Shown here one piece after another: positions 33,514-42,411 of a stretch of 64,000 nucleotides of DNA. The DNA is from Candidatus Helarchaeota archaeon (GTDB lineage: Archaea > Asgardarchaeota > Lokiarchaeia > Helarchaeales > RDOG01). Numbering within the stretch: position 1 is the stretch's first letter; each line of letters opens with the position of its first letter. The DNA lies in NCBI GenBank assembly GCA_019058315.1, contig JAHPZH010000002.1, forward strand, positions 96,001 to 160,000, read 5' to 3'. The notes below the pieces were generated by a model, which made no database searches, was not told the origin of the DNA, and saw nothing but the letters and a program-made list of their open reading frames with translations. The translations under genes and the position numbers were made by a program.

Positions 33514-33879
33514 TTAAAAATCATCGTAGTCCTGCATTTTTTTCAAAATCTTATTCTTAAATTTTAATGATTTTATGGGTTTTACTTTTAAATCTTTATC
33601 AAGTTCTTCTTCTTCTTCTTTAATCTTTTTCTGCTGAAAAGAACTAAGCATACATCTTCCATTTGTAGCCATTTTATATTTTACACAAAAAGAGTATTTA
33701 CACTTATAACCTTCACAAATTTCTCCAGGGGCAAAGTTACAAGCTACAACTAAATCAGACCCTTTTCTGAATCTGCGCCCTAAAGCTTTTTGTTGACATC
33801 TTAAGAATTTACAACTAGGAGTACAGTATTTTATATCTTGGCCTTTACTGTTAGGCACCATTATTTTGCTCCTTTTCAT
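33514..33879 (-). CDS. Cys-rich hypothetical protein
   Basis: Eight Cys followed by a charged tail. Confidence 0.7.
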   Translation of the reverse strand: MKRSKIMVPNSKGQDIKYCTPSCKFLRCQQKALGRRFRKGSDLVVACNFAPGEICEGYKCKYSFCVKYKMATNGRCMLSSFQQKKIKEEEEELDKDLKVKPIKSLKFKNKILKKMQDYDDF

Positions 33880-34025
33880 TGCCTATATTTTTTTCAATCA
33901 CTTCAATTATATAAAAACTTTTTTAGATTAAAATCTTTGTTCAAAATTGATTTATTAAAAATTTTATTTTGTTAAAATTATTGAGTATATGAAATAAGTT
34001 TCTAAAATCCATTTATTATATTTAT

Positions 34026-34832
34026 TTATAACTTTAATTCTTCTAAAAGTAAGGATAATTTTTCGATTTTTTTATTAATCTCATTTTTTTTATTCTCATA
34101 ACTCTTCTTTGTTAATTCACCTACTTTCAATCTCCCTTCTAAAATCCTTAGTTGCTCTTCTTGTTTCTCAATATCTCTCGTTAATAATTTTTGCCAATTT
34201 TCTTCAAAATAATATTTATCTTGAAGTTTGTCATTGAGTTTTTTTAATTTATCATCATATTCCTTTTTTAATTTCTCATATACATGGGGCTCAATTTCCT
34301 TTAAATGAAATTGGTTCTTTAAATTAGAGATCTGCTTTCTTAGTCTTTTCCTCTTTTCTAACAAGTCTTCTTGTGGTAATGGTTTTTTATCAGCCAATAA
34401 TTCCTTACGTTTTTGTTTTAATTTATCAATAGCTTCTTTCAATTTGGGGATTTCATCTTTGATTTCCTCTAATTCTTGTTCATTTAATTCTGAAAGAAAC
34501 GAATCAATTTTTTCTTTATGTTCTTTTAACTTCTTATCATATTGTTTAATTTTGACACGGATATAATATTGTTCAATTATTTCCTCGGGGATTTTTTCTG
34601 GTTTTTTTTCTTCTTTGGGGGCTACTTCGGGTTTTATTTCTTTTGGTTTTTTTTCTTGTTCAGGTTTTAAAGGAACAGGGGCTTGTTTAGTTTCTGGTTG
34701 GGGTTGGGTAACTTTCTCCTCTGATATCTTAATGGGCTTCTCTTCTTCCTCCTTTATTTTAAATCCACAATAAGGACAATAGTTATCTTCAATACTGATA
34801 GTTTTCTTACAAAATGAACATTTTATTTCCAA
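34026..34832 (-). CDS. Zinc ribbon + CdvA-like coiled-coil protein
   Basis: CSFC..CPYC, Pro/Glu/Lys linker, helical hairpins KEIEPHVYEKL and RLKVGELTKKSYE. Confidence 0.65.
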   Translation of the reverse strand: MEIKCSFCKKTISIEDNYCPYCGFKIKEEEEKPIKISEEKVTQPQPETKQAPVPLKPEQEKKPKEIKPEVAPKEEKKPEKIPEEIIEQYYIRVKIKQYDKKLKEHKEKIDSFLSELNEQELEEIKDEIPKLKEAIDKLKQKRKELLADKKPLPQEDLLEKRKRLRKQISNLKNQFHLKEIEPHVYEKLKKEYDDKLKKLNDKLQDKYYFEENWQKLLTRDIEKQEEQLRILEGRLKVGELTKKSYENKKNEINKKIEKLSLLLEELKL

Positions 34833-35020
34833 ATTATCAGAACCTTCAGAATTTTAGTAGCTAGTCGAAATATTATTCTATAAAAAGTTAAGTAACTAAT
34901 TTTATTTAAATTTATATTTTAAGACATAGCAAATATTTTATCTTAAGATTTACAACATTTTAATTAATAATTGGTAATAATTCTAATTAATTTTCATAAA
35001 TTATAAAATAGGTTGAAAGA

Positions 35021-35419
35021 ATGGCACAATTGACAAAGGAATTAGTTGATCGTTTAAACGAAATATCTCAGAAATTAGATAGTTTTACTAAAGGTTTAGG
35101 AGGCTTAGTGGAAGCCATTAATAAACTTGGAGAAAATACAAATTCAATATTAAGTGAATTGAGTAATAAAATTGGAAGTTATGCAGATATTGTATCTACA
35201 AAGAGTCAAGAAGATTTTGAGGTATCAAAAAGTCAATTAATTTCAATAAATACACAAATTGACAAAATTAGAAAAGGCGTAGGAATGGAGCAGATGTTAA
35301 AGATAAGTGATTCGTTAAGTGGACTTCTAGATACATTAGGGGGAGCAGATTTCGATCCAATGGATTTAAAAAATAAATTATCAGAAATTAAAAATTATAT
35401 AGAATCCAAAAAAGAATAA
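35021..35419 (+). CDS. Small helical/coiled-coil protein (type A)
   Basis: Heptad pattern; weak resemblance to 38485-38841. Confidence 0.75.
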   Translation: MAQLTKELVDRLNEISQKLDSFTKGLGGLVEAINKLGENTNSILSELSNKIGSYADIVSTKSQEDFEVSKSQLISINTQIDKIRKGVGMEQMLKISDSLSGLLDTLGGADFDPMDLKNKLSEIKNYIESKKE

Positions 35420-35436
35420 AATATGAGGCAAATTTA

Positions 35437-36111
35437 ATGAGCAATAGTGCGGATAAAGTTTTACCATTTATAACAACTGTTGTAAATGACATTTATGAAA
35501 AAGTGGGAAATCTTTCTGATTCTTTTAATAAACTTAATGAAATAATTGGTAATATAACTAAGAATTTTGAAGATAGTATAAATAAGCTTTCAAAAGATGT
35601 TGATGAAATTCTTGAAGAGACTCGAATGAATCGAGATCTAACATTAGAAGCATTTTCAGATTCAATGAATGCCTTTCTTGCAAAAATAAAAGAAATTCAA
35701 GATGAAAGTAACAAAACTTATGAAGGAAGTGAAATGGGGACAATATTATCCAGACTTGACAGAATTTCAAATAAAATTTTCGATAAATACTGGGATATTC
35801 AAATGTCTTGTACTGTATCAAATCTACACGTATTAGTTGATCTCTTAAAAGGAAACCCTAATATTATCAGAGTTCAAGTTCCAGTTGTTCAACAAGTTCA
35901 ACCAATTACTCCAAGAGTGCAAGCTGCAGCGCCTCTGTCAGCACCAGTACCATCAATAGCACCGCCTCCGACTAAACCAGAGGCCCAACCTGAGGGAAAA
36001 GTTGATGTGTTTGCAAAAAGTCCAAAATTTAAAGGCGGAAGAAAATTAAAAACCCATGAAGATCGCATGGAAGAAATGAAGAAAAAGAAGAAACTGTTTG
36101 GCCGTTATTGA
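35437..36111 (+). CDS. Coiled-coil protein with Pro-rich linker and basic tail (type B)
   Basis: LPFITTVVNDIYEK resembles 38150-38476. Confidence 0.8.
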   Translation: MSNSADKVLPFITTVVNDIYEKVGNLSDSFNKLNEIIGNITKNFEDSINKLSKDVDEILEETRMNRDLTLEAFSDSMNAFLAKIKEIQDESNKTYEGSEMGTILSRLDRISNKIFDKYWDIQMSCTVSNLHVLVDLLKGNPNIIRVQVPVVQQVQPITPRVQAAAPLSAPVPSIAPPPTKPEAQPEGKVDVFAKSPKFKGGRKLKTHEDRMEEMKKKKKLFGRY

Positions 36112-36115
36112 ATTT

Positions 36116-36553
36116 TTATCCGAAAAGGTCTGAGGGTTTTAAAAGACTATCATCTTCATCTTTACCAGATGATGGTGCAGGTTCAGTGGGAGTTCCAACT
36201 TGAGGAGGGGGTGGCAATGAGCTTGATTTACTAGGTTGAGCAGATTGTGTTTGGCTTTTTGGAGCTGATTTTACTGTGCTTGTAGATACCATACCCATCA
36301 TTTGTCTAACATCTTGAAGTACGCGATGTAATTCTAAAATTTGTACTCCCTTCTGCAGACTTTCTACCGAATCTTTTATTGTTTCAGTAACATTACCTAA
36401 ATTTCCAGAACCAGCTTTCTCTATGGCTTGATGAATTAAATTCTGATTTTGTATTAACAAATCATTATTTTGTTTAACCATTTGAGATAAATCGTTTACG
36501 CTGCTAACTAATGCTTTTAAAAGCCTTATTATTTCTACACCTAATTGATCCAT
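36116..36553 (-). CDS. Coiled-coil protein with Pro-rich linker and LLKPSDLFG tail (type C)
   Basis: Paralogous to 38865-39431. Confidence 0.8.
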   Translation of the reverse strand: MDQLGVEIIRLLKALVSSVNDLSQMVKQNNDLLIQNQNLIHQAIEKAGSGNLGNVTETIKDSVESLQKGVQILELHRVLQDVRQMMGMVSTSTVKSAPKSQTQSAQPSKSSSLPPPPQVGTPTEPAPSSGKDEDDSLLKPSDLFG

Positions 36554-36644
36554 TGTATCGCCTCTTAATTATAGACCATTTATTATATTTTTTATAATAA
36601 TACCTTTTATAATCTTGTTTTTTTTCTAATATATTAATAATTTT

Positions 36645-38128
36645 TTAAGGATTAATGTCTTTCCACATTTTTTTAATGAATAATAATCTTTTCATTCTAT
36701 CTTTGTGAGAAACTCCATCAAAAGTTTCATATGTCCAAGCATTTAATTCGGGTGGGCCTAAAGCTATAGGTTTAATTAAATTAAAGTTAAAAATTGGTGA
36801 TGATTTCATTAAACTAAATACACTAACTATTATATTTTCGATATATTCCACATTTTCTTTTAAAAAATTAATTGTTTTTTCAAAATCATCTTCATTTTCG
36901 TTTGGGAAACCTGTCATTATATATAAATAGGTCCTAACGTTTGCATTTGATAATATTTTTAGCAATTTGGAAAAATTATTAATATTTATTTTTTTACCAA
37001 TAATATCCAGAATTTTGGGGCTAGCTGATTCTAATCCAAAAAAACAATGACTCAAACCCCTTTTAATATAATTTAAGATTTGTTTTTCATTAATATTTGA
37101 TATTTCACAATTGCCCCCCCATTTAATTTCTATATTTGAATTATATAACAAATCGAGAGCTTTTCTAAAACCATTAGATAAGTTAAATGCATTATCAACA
37201 ATTTCAAAATTATGAATACCATAATTACTTGTATAATATTTTATCTCTTCAAATATAATTTGAGGGTTTTTTCTTCTGAAATCACCCCAAATTGAATTTT
37301 CATTACAAAAAACACACTTATTTGGACAACCTTTTGCTGTAAGAATATCTAAAGTTTTAAAATTTTCAAGTTTTAGATCTTCTAAAAAATCATATCTAGG
37401 AATAGGTAAATCATTTAAATTCAGTTTATTAGGTGGTTTAGTAAAATGTATTTTATTATTTTTTTTAAATCCGATACCTGGGGAGTTATAAATACTAATT
37501 TTATCTTTAATTTTAGATAATATTTTTAATAATGGAATTTCACCCTCTGGATGATATACTACTAAGTCTATAAATGGTAATTGTAAATAAAGGTTCGCTC
37601 TATAATTTAAAAAAGCCTCAGGTCCACCAAATATAATTAATGAGTCTGGTTTTTCCTCTTTTATTCTCTGAGCAGCATAAATTGAACTGATTGCATTTCC
37701 AGTAGTTACTGAAAATCCATAAATTCTTGATTCAGATTTAATTAATTTCTTAATATACGTCTCTAAAATCTTTTCTGTAACTTTTTTATGTTTTAAAAAT
37801 TGATAAAAGAAAGGTTTGTATAATTTAGAACATACAGAACATAAAGACTGGATTAGATTTTCTCCAATTTTTTCATAGTTAAAAAAAATATGACCCCATA
37901 TTAACCAATTTGCAGCCCCCCAAATTGCAAATTCGGGGATTTTAAAATCATAATAGTTTTTGATATGAAAATCCTGAGAAATTTTTTTTTATAGAAATCT
38001 AGACTAAAATCAAAGCCTGAAACATTAAATCCTTTATTTTTTAAAAAAGTTATAAGACTTACTATTCCAAGAGATGGAATTTGGGTTGTATATGCCGGTA
38101 AAGAGGTTAAAATACAGTCAAACTGCAT
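36645..38128 (-). CDS. Cobalamin-binding radical SAM protein with a -1 frameshift at the A9 tract (37982-37990)
   Basis: PSLGIVSL in frame 0; IIFGGPE, EGE, LNDLPIP, KGCPNKCVFC, FGLESAS, MTGFPNE in the -1 frame, which is open from 37982 to 36645; joined product about 494 aa. Confidence 0.88.
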
Positions 38129-38149
38129 TTATTCACCAAAAAAATAGTA

Positions 38150-38476
38150 TCAAGACTCAAATTGTTGCACAACATTCAAGATCCGTTTTAAAGCTAGTAA
38201 AAAGTCAACATACCATATTCCTTCATTGATCTGGTCCAAAGTTTGATTGAATAATTTTGTGGTTGATTTGAATTCGTTTGAAATTTGAACTTTTTCCAGA
38301 GTATTGTGCATAACCCGAATTTTACCAATCGCTTCACTAATTTGTTGATTTAATTCTCCTAAAAACTTAGTGAATTCATTTCCAAACAGTTTTAATTGGT
38401 TTGAAAGTTCATCAAGTTTGCTATAAACATCATTTAAAGATGAAGCTACGAATGGTAAAAGGCTTCTATCAGACAA
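38150..38476 (-). CDS. Small coiled-coil protein (type B')
   Basis: LPFVASSLNDVYSK. Confidence 0.75.
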   Translation of the reverse strand: MSDRSLLPFVASSLNDVYSKLDELSNQLKLFGNEFTKFLGELNQQISEAIGKIRVMHNTLEKVQISNEFKSTTKLFNQTLDQINEGIWYVDFLLALKRILNVVQQFES

Positions 38477-38484
38477 ATTTATCT

Positions 38485-38841
38485 TTACTCCATAGAGGTT
38501 TGTTTAGAAACTTTTAATAAAGCTCTTATTAGTTCAGAAACCATATCCGAAACATTTTTTTTATCTAATTCTTGTTTTATAGTAGCAGTTAAAGTTAAAA
38601 GGTTTTGTTTAGCTTCCTCAATTTCAGATAATTTAAAAACTGTTTCAAAGGTTCTGGTTAATCGATCAACATTGACATTTAAACTAGCTATCGCTGATGC
38701 TATGCCATTTTTCACATTTACAAGAGTTTTGGAAAGGTTATTAATGTTATTATTTGTTTGAATTAATTTTGTAGAAATTTCTTCAAACATTTTTTTTATT
38801 TGAACTGCAGTATCTGAAACTTTACCTTCTGATGTAGCCAA
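38485..38841 (-). CDS. Small coiled-coil protein (type A')
   Basis: Heptad pattern; tightly spaced in the operon. Confidence 0.75.
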   Translation of the reverse strand: MATSEGKVSDTAVQIKKMFEEISTKLIQTNNNINNLSKTLVNVKNGIASAIASLNVNVDRLTRTFETVFKLSEIEEAKQNLLTLTATIKQELDKKNVSDMVSELIRALLKVSKQTSME

Positions 38842-38864
38842 ATATTATACACCTAAGTATCAAA

Positions 38865-39431
38865 TTAACTTCCAAAAAATGTAGATGGCTTAATTAATCC
38901 TTCCTCAGATTCTTCTTCTTTCTCTTTCTTTTCTTTTTTAGCTGTTTTTGTTGGAGGAGGTGAAAGTTGAGCTTCAACTTTTGCAGGAGGAGGTTTTATT
39001 CCAACAACAGGTTTTGCTTCTTTTGGTTCTTTCTTTTGAGACTCCTTCACTGTCATTGGAGTCGGTACGCTTCGCACATTAGTTAAATTCTCGATCCTAC
39101 TTACTAAATTTTGGATTGATAAAAGTTGTATACTTTTTTGAAGCTTCATAATTGTATGATCTAGAGTCTGATCTATTTGATCAAGACTCTGAATCCCTAA
39201 ATCGTCAATTTTTTGAGAAATATTCTTTTCTAAAGATGGGATTTCTTTTTGTGCAATAGTTGAAAGGCTAGTATTTACTATTGATTCAATTTTTCCTATT
39301 TTCTCTGTAAATTCATTAAATAACTTGCTTTGATCTCCTATCTTTTTCTCTATTCGCTGCAGTGCTCTTACAGCATCTTCTAGAATACCTGCCAATACTT
39401 TCATCAATGCACCTGAATCCGGTGTCGCCAT
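38865..39431 (-). CDS. Coiled-coil protein with Pro-rich linker and LIKPSTFFGS tail (type C')
   Basis: Paralogous to 36116-36553. Confidence 0.8.
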   Translation of the reverse strand: MATPDSGALMKVLAGILEDAVRALQRIEKKIGDQSKLFNEFTEKIGKIESIVNTSLSTIAQKEIPSLEKNISQKIDDLGIQSLDQIDQTLDHTIMKLQKSIQLLSIQNLVSRIENLTNVRSVPTPMTVKESQKKEPKEAKPVVGIKPPPAKVEAQLSPPPTKTAKKEKKEKEEESEEGLIKPSTFFGS

Positions 39432-39590
39432 CTTGATTCACTAAATTTATTTTATACAAATTTTAATTAATTTATTAAATAGTCTTGGCAAAAAAATACA
39501 ATTTTAATTCAACAATTTATTAAATTTTTCATATTATTTATTATTTTGTTATTTTTTTTGGTGTTTTTTTAAATCAAGTATAAATATTAA

Positions 39591-40598
39591 TTATAAGGGT
39601 TTCCCAGAAATCCAAGCTTCACTTAACAGAGTTGAGAAAAATTCAATATGTTTTGGATTGTTTGACATCATACCCATAGGTCCTGGTGTTTTATCAGAAT
39701 GAGCAGCCAAGATAATTTCTTCTCTATCATGTTCTAGCCCCCATCTATCTTGTTTATCAAAATTTCGAAAAGTTATATTTGGAAATCCAGAAAATGTATC
39801 CATAATCTCTTTATGGTTTTCAATATTAAGATCTATAAATGTAGCAATCCGAATATTGATTTTTTTATTAAGATTTTGTAGTTCAATTTGTTCAATATCT
39901 TCAATTGTAGGTGTACATATTAATAATCTAATTTTTACATTATCTAACATATTATTCATTATACTAATAATATTCTCTTTCCCTTGAATCAAGCCCGTTT
40001 TTTGTTCTTTAATATTTTGATACTCCACATTTAATTTTTCAAAATCATTCTCAAGATCAGATATCGTTTTCTTTAATTCATTTATTTTTTCTTGTTTCCC
40101 AGTAATTTCCTTTGTTTTTTCTTTAGTATCATTTTTTAAATCTTCAATCTTAGAAACTAGTTTCTCATCAGCTTGTAATGCTGTTTCTAATTTTTTTTCT
40201 TTATCTTCAATCTCTTTGTTTTGTTTTTCGATATTTTCTTTTAAATTTTTAATAACTTTAACTTGACGTGAATTTTGTTCTTCATAATTTTGGATTTTTT
40301 CCTGAACCCCGCCAAATTCACTCTTAAGTTCTTCAAATGTTTTCTGCATATCTTGCTCTTTTTCTAAATAATTTTTTTCTAATTGTTGTATCTTTAATTC
40401 ATGTTCCTTTTTTAAATCAGCAATTAATTTTTCTTGCATTTGTTGATTTTCGACTAATCTTTTTTCAAGATTTTCGCAAGTTTCTTCTTTTTCCTTAAGA
40501 TTTTCTAGTAGTTCTTTTTCCATAGTAAGTATTATTTGTTCTTGTTCTTCTATACTAACTTGAGCATCAATTTTTTTTTCTATAATTTCATCATTCAT
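39591..40598 (-). CDS. Coiled-coil protein with C-terminal TrmB/PLD-like domain
   Basis: Long heptads, then MLDNVKIRLLICTP..DREEIILA; likely start MNDEII after GGAGAG. Confidence 0.75.
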   Translation of the reverse strand: MNDEIIEKKIDAQVSIEEQEQIILTMEKELLENLKEKEETCENLEKRLVENQQMQEKLIADLKKEHELKIQQLEKNYLEKEQDMQKTFEELKSEFGGVQEKIQNYEEQNSRQVKVIKNLKENIEKQNKEIEDKEKKLETALQADEKLVSKIEDLKNDTKEKTKEITGKQEKINELKKTISDLENDFEKLNVEYQNIKEQKTGLIQGKENIISIMNNMLDNVKIRLLICTPTIEDIEQIELQNLNKKINIRIATFIDLNIENHKEIMDTFSGFPNITFRNFDKQDRWGLEHDREEIILAAHSDKTPGPMGMMSNNPKHIEFFSTLLSEAWISGKPL

Positions 40599-40611
40599 AT
40601 AAATCTCTCCC

Positions 40612-42261
40612 TTATTTTGAAAGAGAATCGGACCAGTTTTTTCGAATTTCATTTATATGGATTTCATCTATTAAATTTTTTCTTAATAACTCATTAAAAC
40701 CTCTAGAAATCTTTCTATCAATATCAGGATTAGAAAAAAGATTTTCTTTTGAACAATTAAATTCAAAATTACTTCTTAGTTCCAAATTTATTTCTAAAGC
40801 GTTTTCTAATCGTTCTTGTAACATGACTTTAAATGAACTGTGTAAAAAATCAAAGGGAACCCATCTTTCTGATGTATTAAATTGGTTTGGGAGGAGGGAT
40901 GGTGGAGAAACGATAATTTTTTCATCACCATCGATTGTTTCAATCTCTGAAATATATAAAGGAATCCAAACTTTATTAATTGGCATAACTATTCCAAGGG
41001 AATTTCCTGAAACCGACCAAGATCCTAAATAACTCTTTTCATTTTCACAGACTTTTATAATTTTATCGATTTTTTCAAGAAGTATTTGAGCTTTATTATC
41101 AATTCTTTCCTTAATTTGTGTAAGTTGAGATAATTCTTTCTCTCTTTGTTCTTTAATTTTAGGAATTTTTTTATCCCCTTCTTCAACTAACTTTTGAAAT
41201 TTATTTTCAATATCGGATTCTTGGGTTCTGATTTCTGAAGCAAGTGCATCTATATCTTTTTGACTATTTTCTATTTCAATTTTAGTTTTAGTTATTAGCT
41301 CCTTAAAATTTGGAATATCCTTATCCAAGTTTTTTATTAATTTCAACGCTAAAGATAAGATTTCTTCAGGATCCTTTTCTTCAGCAAAAGAAGTTTTAAT
41401 TACTTGTGAATCTTTTAAAATTTTTTCAAGATTTTGTATAATTAACATAAATTTTTCAAAAATATTTTTTGAAATTGCATTATTCCGTTTTTCTTTCCAT
41501 TCCTGTAATTCATAATATTCATTAGATTTTTTAACTTCATAATCTCCTTTTATATTCTGTAATTCTGAATCAAGTTTGCTTAAAGTATATTTAGTTCTTT
41601 TTTCTTTTTCAGTATATTCTCTATTTATTTCAATTATCCAATCATCTGTAGTTGACGATACTAAGCCTTGAATCTGCTTCCAGCTCGTAATATTATCATC
41701 AACTTTTTTTATTGCACTCTTGAAAGATTCTGCAATATCAATCACGTTATCAGTGGTAAAGGCTTCCTCTAATTTCGCCATATAAGTCGATGGCTGAGTA
41801 TCTGTAAGTTTTATTAAAGTAGTTAATCCTCTTAAAACATCAGGGTCTATCATTCCCTTTATTTGAATCTCCTCTTGACCCTTTTCTTCAACTGTAGCTA
41901 AGACTTCATCTAAAACGTCAGGTAATCTATTTCTATCAGGACTTGCGTCTCTTAATAATCTTCCGATTTTAGCTCTATTTGGTGAACTACTTATTTTAAA
42001 ACTGAACGAAAAATAATCCAAATTATCAATTGCTATGTAATTTTGAGCATCGGCTTGAATTAAAGTGATTGGCCATAAAGCTTTCGAAAAAAAGATATAT
42101 TTTGATTTTAAAAATTCACTTTTTTTTCGTGAATATTCAATTAAAGCAAATTTTGATGCTAGTTCAAGATCAAATGGGAATGGAATAGAATTCTTTTCAT
42201 AAATTATACAAGGAGTAATGGAAAGAGATTCCTTTGCTGGTCCAATATTTTGACTTGCCAA
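40612..42261 (-). CDS. Coiled-coil protein with flanking globular segments
   Basis: KALWPITLI and VWIPLYI beta segments around a helical core. Confidence 0.75.
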   Translation of the reverse strand: MASQNIGPAKESLSITPCIIYEKNSIPFPFDLELASKFALIEYSRKKSEFLKSKYIFFSKALWPITLIQADAQNYIAIDNLDYFSFSFKISSSPNRAKIGRLLRDASPDRNRLPDVLDEVLATVEEKGQEEIQIKGMIDPDVLRGLTTLIKLTDTQPSTYMAKLEEAFTTDNVIDIAESFKSAIKKVDDNITSWKQIQGLVSSTTDDWIIEINREYTEKEKRTKYTLSKLDSELQNIKGDYEVKKSNEYYELQEWKEKRNNAISKNIFEKFMLIIQNLEKILKDSQVIKTSFAEEKDPEEILSLALKLIKNLDKDIPNFKELITKTKIEIENSQKDIDALASEIRTQESDIENKFQKLVEEGDKKIPKIKEQREKELSQLTQIKERIDNKAQILLEKIDKIIKVCENEKSYLGSWSVSGNSLGIVMPINKVWIPLYISEIETIDGDEKIIVSPPSLLPNQFNTSERWVPFDFLHSSFKVMLQERLENALEINLELRSNFEFNCSKENLFSNPDIDRKISRGFNELLRKNLIDEIHINEIRKNWSDSLSK

Positions 42262-42411
42262 TGAAATTTACCCCATTTTTAAAATTTAGCCATTTAATAT
42301 TAGTATATTAATGATTTTAAATTTAAAGGTAATAAAATAATAATAAATGTTTAAACTTATATTTTTGATTATTCTATTTTTTAAATAATTAAAAACAAAT
42401 GAGGTAATAAT

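Noticed and set aside
35021-39431. SNARE or ESCRT-III annotation
   Set aside because: No C-terminal TM anchor, clear zero layer or Snf7 pattern visible by eye
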